The notes beneath the pieces are model-generated. The model was given only the letters and a program-made list of their open reading frames with translations. It was not told the DNA's origin and did not search any database. Positions 29,329-40,088 of a stretch of 41,176 nt of DNA are shown here, piece after piece (within the stretch, counting starts at the first letter, position 1; each line of letters opens with the position of its first letter). The stretch lies in NCBI GenBank assembly GCA_048938895.1, contig JBHLLU010000035.1, positions 1 to 41,176 on the forward strand, given 5' to 3'. Both the position numbers and the translations under genes were made by a program. Origin of the DNA: Promethearchaeota archaeon. GTDB taxonomy: Archaea > Asgardarchaeota > Lokiarchaeia > Sigyniarchaeales > SOKP01.

Positions 29329-29427
29329 AAATCTATTCTTATTCAAAAATATCTAATATAAAGATTATAATAAGATCAAATTCAACTATTATTATTTAAA
29401 AGACTATCTTGTGGTTCTAATTGAATT

Positions 29428-30801
29428 ATGAGTAAGATCTATCAAATTAAAAGAAAGAAGACCTTTCTTATAATGATTCTCATGTATTTTATGATCTTCT
29501 TTTGTACGGGTATTTTACCTGTCAATATAGAAAATCTGCTTAATTATCTCCCCAAAACAACAAATTTTGGAATCTTTGTGGTTTCGGCAACTTCAATGAC
29601 TATGAGTATAATCAGTATATTGGTGTTTGGATATTATAGCGATAAAATTTCCAAAAAAATGTCAAGAAAAAGGTTATTTATTTTTACCAATTTTATTTGG
29701 ATTCTGTCATTTGGTTTAACCTCAATTTCAATTAACTATTTCTATTATTTTTTTTTTATGATTATAAGTGCTATTGGTACTGGTGCTTTCGTCCCGCAGG
29801 CATATTCAATGATTGGTGATTTTTTTTCTCCAAAAGATAGGGGAAAGAAGTATAGTGTAATGCAAATTGGTTTAATTTTAGGAAGTGGGATGGGAATTAT
29901 TTTTGGGGGATTATTTGGTAGCTATTTACCTTCTAACTATAGCTATTTAGGATGGAGAATCGCTTATGCTATTGGTTTTTTTTTAGGTCTCACCTCATTA
30001 TTTCTCTATGGTTTTATTGCTATAGAACCTGAAAGATTACGCTCAGAGCCGGAATTTGAATATTTTAATGGAGAAATAGAATATAACTATAAAATAACTT
30101 TAAAAAACCTAAAAGAAATATTTAAAAAGAAATCTATAGGAGCAATTCTAATTTCTGTTCTATGCGGGGGAATTGCAAATTCCACACTTGGAGTTTGGGC
30201 GATTTATTATCTGAGTACTAAGATTGAGGGTTCTGAGGCATTATTCATTGCTACAACTCTTTTCATATTAGCAGGAAGCGGAGCACTTCCGGGAAATATC
30301 ATAGGAGGGAGAATAGGGGATAAATATTACAAGTCTGGAAAAGTAAAAGGAAGAGTAGTAGTTTCATTTGGTGGGCTTATTTTTGGAATTTCTCTTCAAA
30401 TCTTATTTTATATGGTGCCTTTCTTTACTAAATCAATAATTCAAATTATATTTTCATGGGCTTTTTTCATTATAGTAGGATATTTTGGCTTCTTATTCGT
30501 AGGATTTTCAACAGGTAATCAGTTTGCAATATATTCAGAAGTTGCACTTCCTGAGGTTAGAAGTACAGTAAATGCCATGAATGGATTAATGGTAAATATA
30601 GGGGGTATAATAGGCAGCTTTTTAATAGGTTTTATGATCGAAAATAATTTAACTTTATTGCCTTTAGCAGTTCTAATAGTTTTATTAATTTGGTTTTTGG
30701 GGACTTTTTTTTGGATTATTCCCTATTATTATTACCCACGAGAACTAAAAGATTGTAGAGAAATATTATTAGAAAGGAGAAATGAATTAGAAAGTAAATA
30801 A
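29428..30801 (+). CDS. MFS transporter
   Basis: About 12 TM segments, motif A GYYSDKI..RKR, DFFSPKDRGK and GGRIGDK. Confidence 0.9.
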   Translation: MSKIYQIKRKKTFLIMILMYFMIFFCTGILPVNIENLLNYLPKTTNFGIFVVSATSMTMSIISILVFGYYSDKISKKMSRKRLFIFTNFIWILSFGLTSISINYFYYFFFMIISAIGTGAFVPQAYSMIGDFFSPKDRGKKYSVMQIGLILGSGMGIIFGGLFGSYLPSNYSYLGWRIAYAIGFFLGLTSLFLYGFIAIEPERLRSEPEFEYFNGEIEYNYKITLKNLKEIFKKKSIGAILISVLCGGIANSTLGVWAIYYLSTKIEGSEALFIATTLFILAGSGALPGNIIGGRIGDKYYKSGKVKGRVVVSFGGLIFGISLQILFYMVPFFTKSIIQIIFSWAFFIIVGYFGFLFVGFSTGNQFAIYSEVALPEVRSTVNAMNGLMVNIGGIIGSFLIGFMIENNLTLLPLAVLIVLLIWFLGTFFWIIPYYYYPRELKDCREILLERRNELESK

Positions 30802-30833
30802 CAATAATAATTTCAAAACATTTTGTGTAGATT

Positions 30834-32795
30834 ATGGATATAGAAAAGTACCTTAATGCAATTTTATCTGAAGTTGATGGTCAAAGAGCATGGGATTGGG
30901 TTGCGAAAATTTCTCAATATAGTAGAATCCAAGGTTCAAAAGGATACCATGAAGTTGCTGAAATTATTAAGAAAGAATTATCCCGTCATGGTTATACCGA
31001 GATTGAGCATTTTACATCCCCGGCTGACGGGAAACATAATATCTGGGGTTATATTGCCGCATACCAATGGGAGATTGAATCTGGTACACTCATGATAACA
31101 GAACCAGAAAAGATTAAACTTTGTGATTATGATATTATCCCAACTTCTGTTATTACACATTCAAAACCGTGTGACGTGATAACTGAAATTGTAGATATAG
31201 GAAAGGGAGATAAAAAAGAAGATTATGAAAACAAGGACATTGATGGAAAGCTTGTATTGATGTCAAGTTCGACATATATGTATCATTCTTATGTTGAAAA
31301 CTCAAACGCTTTAGGTGTTATTTACTATCCAGATTTGAAGAGAACGGGAGATCAATTAGATAAACGAATTTATAATAGTTTTTTCACCACCCAAGATCGA
31401 CTCGAGAAAGCAAAATTTGGATTTAGCATCTCTTACAAACAAGCTATTAAATTAAAAGAATTGTTAGAAAAGGGAACTGTAAAAGCTCATGCCAAAATAA
31501 ATGCTGAATTTTTAAAAGGCAAATTGGAAGTAATTAGTACCTCAATTAAAGGCAAGGAAAATCCTGAACAAGAAATAATTATTGTTGCTCATTTATGCCA
31601 TCCATTTCCTGGTGCAAATGATAATGCAAGTGGTGCCGCGGGATTATTAGAACTAGCGAGAGCATTGAAGTCTTTAATTGATAATAACGAAATTGAACCT
31701 CCTAAAAAGACTATTCGCTTTTTATGGGTTCCAGAATTCAATGGTACGGTGCCATGGATGAAATATCATGAAGATAAGATGAAAAAGGTATTGGCTTGCC
31801 TTAATTTAGATATGATTGGAGAGCATCGACTCAAGATTGGGCTTCCTTTAGAAGTTAATTTAGCGCCTCATTCTACTCCATCCATTGTTAATGATATAAC
31901 CTCCTTTTTTGTAAAAAATATAGCTGATCACCCTAAGGGTGTTGCAATTAATGGAACAAAAGTTCCAATGAGTTATCGGATAACAAGTTTCGAGGGTGGG
32001 AGTGATCACGTCCTCTTTTCTGATTTTTACTTCGGAATACCTTCCCTTATGTTTGGTCATGCAGATCCTTATTATCATTCATCGATGGATACTGTAGAGT
32101 ACTGTGATTCTACAGAATTGAAAAGAGTTATTGGAATGAGTCTTTCTATTGCTCATACAATCTCAATATTGGATGAACATATTCTATTAGAATTTTGGCC
32201 AACTATGCATCAAGACTTATATAAGAGATTGGGTAGAACAATCAAACTATTAGGAGATTTATTAATCAATATACCTAACCAAGAGGAGACCTCTAATGAT
32301 AAAAATCCTATTGAACTAGTTTTATTAGGAAAAGAGATCCTTCAAACCTCGTATGATTACGAAGTCGATTTATTATTGTGGATTGAAAACATTTCTCCAA
32401 CTCCAAATATAATCAAAATGATAGGACTTTCAAAAAAAGAAATTTCAGAATTTTTCTATAATCACAATAGTAGATGGAATAATAATATTAAGGATTTTAA
32501 ACTTGAATCAGCAACAGCAAAATTTAATAAGAGTTATAAGCCAAATTTCGGTGGTCCCCTTGTAGTGGATAAATTATTTCCCTTATTTGAAAAACCTGCC
32601 TTTAAGCAATTTTGCAAAAGTTTGAGATCTGAATATATGGGCCCTATGAGTGAACTTGTAAATTTGATTTGTAAAGGATTGAATATTTTGAGAGTGGCAA
32701 GCGTTTTATCTTTAGAGTATAACAATATTGTTCTTCCTAGTAAAATTGAAGAGCTTGTAAGCTATTTAGAAGAACATGAAATTATTAGAAAATAA
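30834..32795 (+). CDS. M28-family metallopeptidase with PA-like insert (DUF4910-like)
   Basis: AHLCH, GANDNASG, PE, LNLDM, GSDH and YHSSMD metal-binding motifs. Confidence 0.8.
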   Translation: MDIEKYLNAILSEVDGQRAWDWVAKISQYSRIQGSKGYHEVAEIIKKELSRHGYTEIEHFTSPADGKHNIWGYIAAYQWEIESGTLMITEPEKIKLCDYDIIPTSVITHSKPCDVITEIVDIGKGDKKEDYENKDIDGKLVLMSSSTYMYHSYVENSNALGVIYYPDLKRTGDQLDKRIYNSFFTTQDRLEKAKFGFSISYKQAIKLKELLEKGTVKAHAKINAEFLKGKLEVISTSIKGKENPEQEIIIVAHLCHPFPGANDNASGAAGLLELARALKSLIDNNEIEPPKKTIRFLWVPEFNGTVPWMKYHEDKMKKVLACLNLDMIGEHRLKIGLPLEVNLAPHSTPSIVNDITSFFVKNIADHPKGVAINGTKVPMSYRITSFEGGSDHVLFSDFYFGIPSLMFGHADPYYHSSMDTVEYCDSTELKRVIGMSLSIAHTISILDEHILLEFWPTMHQDLYKRLGRTIKLLGDLLINIPNQEETSNDKNPIELVLLGKEILQTSYDYEVDLLLWIENISPTPNIIKMIGLSKKEISEFFYNHNSRWNNNIKDFKLESATAKFNKSYKPNFGGPLVVDKLFPLFEKPAFKQFCKSLRSEYMGPMSELVNLICKGLNILRVASVLSLEYNNIVLPSKIEELVSYLEEHEIIRK

Positions 32796-32808
32796 AAAAG
32801 GGAATTGT

Positions 32809-33897
32809 TTAATTAAGAATATTTTCTTCGAACGTTTTCTTATTAATTTCTACACCTAATCCTGGTTTTTCTAAAGCTTTTACGATTCCATTTTCAGCCT
32901 TGATAGGTTCTTCTAAAAGCTGGTATTCATCTGGTATAAATGGAAATTCGCACCATTCACATCTGGTCGACATTATAAAATGAAGATTAGCTGCTAAAAT
33001 ATGTCCGAATCCAAAGATATGGGGAATACAACGAACACCTTTCACTTCTGCCATTGCATCAATTTTTTTCATTTGTAAATATCCCCCACTTCGAGTCACA
33101 TCTGGTTGGATGATATCAAAACAATCTTTAGATAGAATATCTTCAAATCTAAACATTCCCATGTCGTTTTCTCCTCCCGCAATTTGAACTGGGGATCTTT
33201 TTCTAATCTTAGCAAGCCCATTAAGATTATCGGTTGGAATAGGTTCTTCTAACCAAGTAATATGATATTTAGCACAAATATTTGCAAGTTTAAGGGCTTC
33301 ATTAACAGAATTATAAGCTGAATTTGCGTCAACCATAATCTCAATATCAGGAAAAGTATCTCTTACTTCTTTCATTAATTCCTCATCTTTATTTAAACCA
33401 TTTCCAATTCTCAATTTAACTGCTTTAAAACCTCCTAATTCTGGTTTCATAATCGAATCAATAGCACCTACTGCCGCTTTAGGCTTGTAACCTCGAGGCA
33501 TAGAAGCATAAGCTCTTACTTTTTGTTTTCTACCTCCAATCAATCGATAAATTGGTTGTTTTGTTGCTTTGCCAATAATGTCCCAACATGCAACCATGAG
33601 GGCAGAAGTAGATTGTGGAATTCCAAATAAAATTCTATTGCTTGAGTTATATAATATGTTAAAAATATCTTCAGTCATAAAAGGATCTTTCCTAATTAAC
33701 AATTTCTTAAGAAAATCATCTATGAAAACCTTTTGGGAAGCATTACTCAGATTCCAGTGACTTAATGCCCAACCATCTATTCCTTCATCTGTTAGTATGT
33801 TTATGTATAAGCCAGTTGCCTTAAACCTTGGCATTGAACCCAATTTAAGTTTGAAATCAAGTTCTAGTAAATGTGTTTTAACATCTGTAATTATCAT
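32809..33897 (-). CDS. Mandelate racemase/muconate lactonizing enzyme family (enolase superfamily)
   Basis: WDIIGK...PIYRLIGG, KLR, DAN, EEP, GEN, QPD, PH and PGLGVE. ATG 33897 preferred over TTG 33909. Confidence 0.88.
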   Translation of the reverse strand: MIITDVKTHLLELDFKLKLGSMPRFKATGLYINILTDEGIDGWALSHWNLSNASQKVFIDDFLKKLLIRKDPFMTEDIFNILYNSSNRILFGIPQSTSALMVACWDIIGKATKQPIYRLIGGRKQKVRAYASMPRGYKPKAAVGAIDSIMKPELGGFKAVKLRIGNGLNKDEELMKEVRDTFPDIEIMVDANSAYNSVNEALKLANICAKYHITWLEEPIPTDNLNGLAKIRKRSPVQIAGGENDMGMFRFEDILSKDCFDIIQPDVTRSGGYLQMKKIDAMAEVKGVRCIPHIFGFGHILAANLHFIMSTRCEWCEFPFIPDEYQLLEEPIKAENGIVKALEKPGLGVEINKKTFEENILN

Positions 33898-34021
33898 AAT
33901 TAATTTCAACTATGGTGATTTTATTATATCTTAACTTTTTTTTTCAGTTAAATTTTTAGAATAAGGAGGATTTAATTCAATTGAAGAAGGACTTATTATT
34001 TTCCTTTAAATTTTTGTTGGA

Positions 34022-35071
34022 TTGGTCGTAGTGTCGGATATTTTTAATGGATCAGTGGATAAGAACCCAAATGAAGATTTATGTGTTGTCTATGTACTGT
34101 ATTTTGACGAAAAGAAAGGTCAAATTCCCCTGTTGATGTATCCTAATGATAAATTTCGAAATGATAGGCGATATATGCGGCCAATTAATTATCATCCCGT
34201 CTGGTTTTTGGAAACAGAAGATCTTGACCATATCGACCTTGAATATAAAGGGTATACCTTTTTCGGTAAAAAATTTCAAGTAAAATCCGAAAGACCAAAA
34301 AGAAGAGCCGGACTTGAAGAAAAAACCCCAGAAACTATTGTTATTATTGTTTCTTTACCTATAGAATTAGACATTTTTGGAGACGAGCTAATTCGTAAAT
34401 TAACAGACGAAATTAGAAGCAAATTTGAAGATCAATTCTTTGAAGTAATTGAATGTGAAATTGCAAATGAAAATGTAATTAAAACACCTAAAATGCAGGA
34501 GCGCATAACTCAGGGTAATAAAATTAAGGTTTTTATGAGAGAATTGATCGACAACACAGTTAAAAATTACTTTTCAAATGCAATTCAGACGAAAACTGAA
34601 TCTCCTTCCCTCAAGACTCAAAAAGCTATTTCTTATTTCTCCTTAAAGGGATTTGATTCTTCCCCTCTCGGGAATTTAAAGAGAAATGAAACATTTTCAA
34701 ATATAGAATTATTTGATCCTTTGAAAACTACCAATGAGGGGATATCTACAAAACTTCCGGTTTCAATAACTAATATCAATTTTATTGAGAATAGCCAGGA
34801 AATTGAAATCACTGTTCAGAATAATACTAATGAGGAACTAAAAAATATTTCAATTATTATGACTCATGTAAAAGAGTTTTTTGAAAAAGAAGTAATGAAC
34901 TTAGATGTGGAGTTTTGGTTTCCCCAAGAAGAACTTTTATTTGTCTCACCAATTGTACCTCATGTTGACGAATATTTATTTTCAGTAAATCACCAAAAGG
35001 GTAATGGGGATGATACAAAAATGATTACTCAAAGAATCGATTTAAAGTTAATTAATAAAATATCAAATTAG
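34022..35071 (+). CDS. Hypothetical protein with uDENN/longin-like N-terminus and Ig-like C-terminal domain
   Basis: VYVLYFDEKKGQIPLLMYP resembles the uDENN FD..xG(P/Q) start. The C-terminus is beta-rich (IEITVQNNTNEELKNISI). Start uncertain (TTG/GTG). Confidence 0.6.
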   Translation: MVVVSDIFNGSVDKNPNEDLCVVYVLYFDEKKGQIPLLMYPNDKFRNDRRYMRPINYHPVWFLETEDLDHIDLEYKGYTFFGKKFQVKSERPKRRAGLEEKTPETIVIIVSLPIELDIFGDELIRKLTDEIRSKFEDQFFEVIECEIANENVIKTPKMQERITQGNKIKVFMRELIDNTVKNYFSNAIQTKTESPSLKTQKAISYFSLKGFDSSPLGNLKRNETFSNIELFDPLKTTNEGISTKLPVSITNINFIENSQEIEITVQNNTNEELKNISIIMTHVKEFFEKEVMNLDVEFWFPQEELLFVSPIVPHVDEYLFSVNHQKGNGDDTKMITQRIDLKLINKISN

Positions 35072-35087
35072 TAAAAAGTGTATTAAA

Positions 35088-35564
35088 ATGTCAGATGAGC
35101 AATTAACCCAAGAAGATATAATTATTAGAAATTATAGAACCTCCGATTATAAAGCAACATTAGAGATTCTAAAAACACTCAATGAACTTTTTGATATAGG
35201 CTTTGATGAAAATCAATGGAGAGAATCCTCAGGATTAAGACAATTCAAACCCAACTTAAAACGAATCACTTTAATTGCAGAATTAAAATCTAACGGTGAT
35301 GTAGTTAGTATGGGAGTTATTGAAGCTCAAAAGAATACATTGGGACAATATGTTGGATATCTTGATAATTGGGCTACCAAAAAAGGATTTATTGGTAAAG
35401 GCGTAGGTAAACTCTTAGCAGATAGAGCTATTCAAATTCTACAATCATGGGGATGTGATTCAATAAGGATAAACCTCGCCTATAAAACGGATAAAAAATT
35501 ACTTGATGTGTTTGGAAAAACAGGTTTTCACCCAATACTTACAGTACTTGAAAAAAGATTCTAA
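35088..35564 (+). CDS. GNAT-family N-acetyltransferase
   Basis: IIIRNYRTSD start, acetyl-CoA motif FIGKGVGKLL, and C-terminal FGKTGF. Confidence 0.8.
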   Translation: MSDEQLTQEDIIIRNYRTSDYKATLEILKTLNELFDIGFDENQWRESSGLRQFKPNLKRITLIAELKSNGDVVSMGVIEAQKNTLGQYVGYLDNWATKKGFIGKGVGKLLADRAIQILQSWGCDSIRINLAYKTDKKLLDVFGKTGFHPILTVLEKRF

Positions 35565-35908
35565 AATTCTTAAAGCTAAAGCTATGTAGCCAAATCTAGA
35601 AAAATCTTAGATTTATTAAATCAATCAATAGTTTCAATCCTAAGTGTATGACCTAATTTTAACCTAGTGCATGATCTATTTTAACATAAAGACATTTTTC
35701 TCTTGTATATAGGTCATCACACAAGAATTGGAAACATAGTAAATTTATATTTTTTAAAAACTCCTTTTAAGAGTAAAAAACAAATATTTTACGTTCGGTT
35801 AGAACACACAATAACTTCACTATATAATCATTTAAAATTGTAATAAGGTATAACATTGTTATATAAAATTGATTATACAAATCTTAAATACAAATCTTGG
35901 TGATTTAA

Positions 35909-36463
35909 ATGAATACTAAGGGAATGTCATTTATCCATATAAAAGAAGCTCATATGTCATTATTTGGACAAGAAAGATGGAATAATTTTTTTCAAGAATT
36001 TAAAATGCAATGTCCTGAATTTCCGAATGACCCCTTAGTTACAACTCAAATTCCTGTAGATATATTTCTACTTTTTATTGATGAATTGACCAAAGAATAC
36101 TACAATGGTAATCAGAGAGTATATTGGGGTTTCGGTGAAAGTGCCGCTCAAACTTCCTTGAGTGAGGATGGTTACTTTAATATATTTGTTAAAAATACAC
36201 AAAATCCCAAGAGTTTTATTAAATTTGTTTTAGCTCGGATTTGGCATAACTATTTTGACATGGGGAGAGAAGAATTTGAATTGGAAGGGAATCTTTTACA
36301 TGCTCGACTATTAGACTTACCAAGGTATCACCCCTATATTGAATTAACAACTATGGGTTATGTAAAAAAAGCATTAGAAATTGTTGGAGTCAAGGTTAAG
36401 GAGACCAAAAAAATAAAAAGTTCAGCAAAAGAAACATATTATCAATTTCTATTGGAGTTCTAA
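35909..36463 (+). CDS. Hypothetical protein, possibly HNOB/V4R-like ligand-binding fold
   Basis: N-terminal KGMSF...FGQERW pattern, then FGESAA and IWHNYFDMG. SD GGTGA. Confidence 0.55.
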   Translation: MNTKGMSFIHIKEAHMSLFGQERWNNFFQEFKMQCPEFPNDPLVTTQIPVDIFLLFIDELTKEYYNGNQRVYWGFGESAAQTSLSEDGYFNIFVKNTQNPKSFIKFVLARIWHNYFDMGREEFELEGNLLHARLLDLPRYHPYIELTTMGYVKKALEIVGVKVKETKKIKSSAKETYYQFLLEF

Positions 36464-36649
36464 CTGGGAACAATCCTGTTCTATAATTTTTCAAATCGAG
36501 CTTGAAAAAATCTTAGATACTCTGGTTCATACACAATTTTTAATCCTAGATTGTTTCTCTTATTTCATATAGACGGATAATTGATTCATGATTTACTCCA
36601 ATAAAAAGCATAGAAAATAAGACATTTTTAAATAATGAAAATTATAATT

Positions 36650-38185
36650 TTATCTGAAATAATCAATAGCTGATTTTTGTAGTAGAGTGAAGGGGAGAGA
36701 AAGTAAAATGATAAAGCATGCAATAACAACTAATATGATCAAAATTTCTTTCTTATTTTCCGGAAATTTCTTTTTAATTAATTTTTTAATTGGAAAATTT
36801 AAAGCAGAACTTAGTTTTTTTGGAAGGGGAAGTAGAAAAGGAGTCTTTTGTTGGTATTTCAGATATTCAACACCAAATTTTCGTTTCATTTTTAGCTCTT
36901 CATTGAGAGCAATCCCAATTATTATTAAAACTGATATAACCCAAAAAAAACTCGAGCTCATCGAATAGCCACCACTTGCATACCCACGAGGGATAAATGT
37001 GAAGGCATAACTCCAAATTATAAATCCCAAATACTGGGGATGTCGTGATATTTTGTAGATTGAAAAATCTACGATCTTCTTTTCTTTGAAATGACCATAA
37101 AACCAAGTAGCAGCCCCTAAACTAAAAATAATAAAACCCAAGTATAAAAGTAGATAAATTAAAATATTGAAATAATTCCAAGCATAATTACCAATTATTA
37201 CATCTAAAATGTTAAAAAGAGAATAAAGATATCCCATAGGTAAATACACAATATCTCCTAAATCAAGCCAAGGTAAAGACGATCCCGTCAATGGAAGCCA
37301 GATAACTTGAAAAATACCTATACCATATAAGAAAAACATTGAGGTATTAAATTGTGAAAAATTTGGAAGAAAAATCAAGAACGCCCCCCCTACTGCTGGT
37401 TCTTTTCTTTTGACGAAATATCCTACTATAATCATACTGATAATAATAATAATGAAAATCCAACCTACTACTCGTAAAAATGCAATATAATCCTCTGGTG
37501 TAGTAAGAGGATAATATGGAGTTATTTTACGGAGATTTTCATCAATAATAAGTGGAAATACTAAAAAAAAGAAGGATAAAATGACAGTAAATATCAAAGT
37601 TAAAAGAATTAGAGTATAATAATAATTGGTCTTGGATTTAATGGTAGTATCCTTTAATACAATTTTGTTACGATCCTTTAGTTTAAAATAACCAGTTAGG
37701 CTTAGGAAAGCCCCTAAAAGGGGAAGTATTATTCCTATACCAGGTGAGATTTCATACCAAAAGCCAAAATTGAGCTCATTCGATATATAGTAAGCGATTT
37801 CTGCAATTATCGCCCAAATAATTATAGCAGAGATTAATAAAATTGTAGTATTTAGCCAAATTCTTCTAGTTTTTTTGCTAATTTCTTTATTCTTCTTTAA
37901 TCTATAAGCCAGTAAAATTAAGACTGACCCGCACAATAATATGATAACTGTACAGATAAATGATGTTACTTGAATGATTTGATTATCAATAAAACTCAAT
38001 CCTTCTTCATAGATACTAAATTCATCTGATAAAACTAAACCGCATATCCAGAAATAAGATGAATAATAATCGTTAATATCATGAGCACAAGGTAATAAGA
38101 GTGAAAGTAAAGCAAAAAATCCTCCCAGAATTGGAAAAATCCATATATCTCTTGAGAAATTTGGAAATTTGATTGATCTCTTCAT
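36650..38185 (-). CDS. Polytopic membrane protein with C-terminal ICMT/PEMT-family methyltransferase domain
   Basis: YKISRHPQYLG and EE..M...FG.EY..Y...TP motifs after many TM helices. Confidence 0.75.
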   Translation of the reverse strand: MKRSIKFPNFSRDIWIFPILGGFFALLSLLLPCAHDINDYYSSYFWICGLVLSDEFSIYEEGLSFIDNQIIQVTSFICTVIILLCGSVLILLAYRLKKNKEISKKTRRIWLNTTILLISAIIIWAIIAEIAYYISNELNFGFWYEISPGIGIILPLLGAFLSLTGYFKLKDRNKIVLKDTTIKSKTNYYYTLILLTLIFTVILSFFFLVFPLIIDENLRKITPYYPLTTPEDYIAFLRVVGWIFIIIIISMIIVGYFVKRKEPAVGGAFLIFLPNFSQFNTSMFFLYGIGIFQVIWLPLTGSSLPWLDLGDIVYLPMGYLYSLFNILDVIIGNYAWNYFNILIYLLLYLGFIIFSLGAATWFYGHFKEKKIVDFSIYKISRHPQYLGFIIWSYAFTFIPRGYASGGYSMSSSFFWVISVLIIIGIALNEELKMKRKFGVEYLKYQQKTPFLLPLPKKLSSALNFPIKKLIKKKFPENKKEILIILVVIACFIILLSLPFTLLQKSAIDYFR

Positions 38186-38428
38186 AATAAAGTTAATTCT
38201 AATCGTTTACTTAGCATTAAATATCAATTGATTGATCTTATGAAATAAACACCTAGAGCATTTCTAAGACTTTATCCTATCTTGAATTTTCCTTATATTA
38301 TTATTAGAATATTATAGGATTTAAACATAATTTAAAATCAGAAAGAAGAGCAAAAAAGAAACATTAAAACATTTAAGGGAATAAGATAGTTTTTTACAGA
38401 TATAACTTTTTTTTTCTATTTTTGAAAT

Positions 38429-39799
38429 TCATATTTTTTCGAATCGAGATTGAAAGAATCTAAGATACTCGGGCTCGTATACCATCTTTAAGCCGCGGAT
38501 TGTATCTCTTTTTCTATAAAGATGGATAATTGAATCTGCTGTGTATTCCATATGTGAATTTGTGTAAACTCTTCTTGGGATTGTTAACCTCACTAGCTCT
38601 AAAGAAGGGAAAATATTTTCTCCTGTATCCTTATCTCTTCCTTTAGATATTGCACCACGTTCCATACTTCTTACAGCCGAATCCTCATAAATTGCTGCAG
38701 CTAATGTTTGAGCAGGCCAATTTTCTCTTTCAATATGGGGAAGAAATTTTAAAGCATCAAGAAAAACAGCATGACCACCAATAGGATGTACAATGGGAAC
38801 ACCTGCTTCTTTTAACATCTCACCTAAATATCTAACTTGATTAATCCTATACTTTAGATATTCATATTGAGCACCTTCTCTTAAACCACGTGCTACAGCT
38901 TCCATATCTCGCCCCGCCATTCCTCCATAAGTATGAAGACCTTCATAAACTACTACCATATTTCGAGTAGCTTCAAATATATCTTTATCATGAGTGGCAA
39001 GAAAGCCACCAATATTCACAAGGCAATCTTTCTTTGCGCTATAAATACAACCATCAGAATAACTCATCATCTCTTTCAGGATGTTAATAATAGGAGTACT
39101 TTCATAACCTTTCTCACGTTCTCGAATAAAATATGCATTTTCGCTTGAGCGTGTTGCGTCGAATATGATTTTTAACTTGTAGTCATTACAGAATTCCCTT
39201 AATTTTCGTAAATTTTCCATCGAAACTGGTTGGCCTCCCGCCATATTAACATTTTGTTCGACATTTACAAAAGCAATCTTATCTAAACCATATTCATCAA
39301 TGTAACCCTGCAATTTTTTCAGATCTACATTACCCTTGAATGGATGCTCATTTTCAGGATCATGAGCTTCATCAATAATTACATCCACCATCTTTCCACC
39401 AGGGAGTTCAACATGTAACTTTGATGTGGTGAAATACATATTCCTTGGAACAATTTGCCCTTGTTTCACAAGATGACTATACATCAAGTGTTCAGCACCT
39501 CGTCCTTGATGGGTTGGGACTACATATTTATAGCCTAATACCTCCTGGATAGCTTTTTCAAGATGGTAAAAATTCTTTGCCCCTGCGTAAGCTTCATCAC
39601 CTAAAAGCATACCGCTCCATTGGTAATCAGACATAGCAGAAGTACCAGAATCAGTTAACAAATCAATAAACACATCTTCAGACTTTAGTAAAAATGTATT
39701 GTAACCTGCTTCTTTTATTGCTTCCTTTCTCCTCGTTTCATCTGGCATTCCAACATGTTCAACCATTTTAATCTTAAAAGGTTCTACGGGGCCCTTCAT
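38429..39799 (-). CDS. tpl: Tyrosine phenol-lyase (beta-eliminating lyase)
   Basis: 456 aa, with EAGYNTFLL, DLLTDSGT, GDEAYAG, THQGRGAE, SAKKDCLVNIGG (PLP Lys), and TPL-type SKGR and LRFF rather than tryptophanase LRHF. Confidence 0.82.
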   Translation of the reverse strand: MKGPVEPFKIKMVEHVGMPDETRRKEAIKEAGYNTFLLKSEDVFIDLLTDSGTSAMSDYQWSGMLLGDEAYAGAKNFYHLEKAIQEVLGYKYVVPTHQGRGAEHLMYSHLVKQGQIVPRNMYFTTSKLHVELPGGKMVDVIIDEAHDPENEHPFKGNVDLKKLQGYIDEYGLDKIAFVNVEQNVNMAGGQPVSMENLRKLREFCNDYKLKIIFDATRSSENAYFIREREKGYESTPIINILKEMMSYSDGCIYSAKKDCLVNIGGFLATHDKDIFEATRNMVVVYEGLHTYGGMAGRDMEAVARGLREGAQYEYLKYRINQVRYLGEMLKEAGVPIVHPIGGHAVFLDALKFLPHIERENWPAQTLAAAIYEDSAVRSMERGAISKGRDKDTGENIFPSLELVRLTIPRRVYTNSHMEYTADSIIHLYRKRDTIRGLKMVYEPEYLRFFQSRFEKI

Positions 39800-40088
39800 A
39801 TTATCATCATGCTGTAAAAGTATTTAGAATATTTAATTAAAATTAGTATTTATATATTGAAAAAGATTCTTGTTAATCTCTCCCATACTTTTCCCATTTT
39901 GCGAATATCCTAATGGAGGTTAATTATTTATAATGTATAGTAAAGATTTCTTAGATAATTGATTATTACACTGTAAAAATTTGTAGTAGAAAAATAAAAG
40001 CGACGAAAATTAGATGAAATATATTAATTGTAAAATATTCAAAAACATATAAAAAATCAAAATAAGAATTAAAGAGAGATAAAATTAA

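Noticed and set aside
26414-38185. Prenylation/methylation link between the GTPase and the ICMT-like protein
   Set aside because: The GTPase has no C-terminal Cys or CAAX, and the genes are 10 kb apart on opposite strands.
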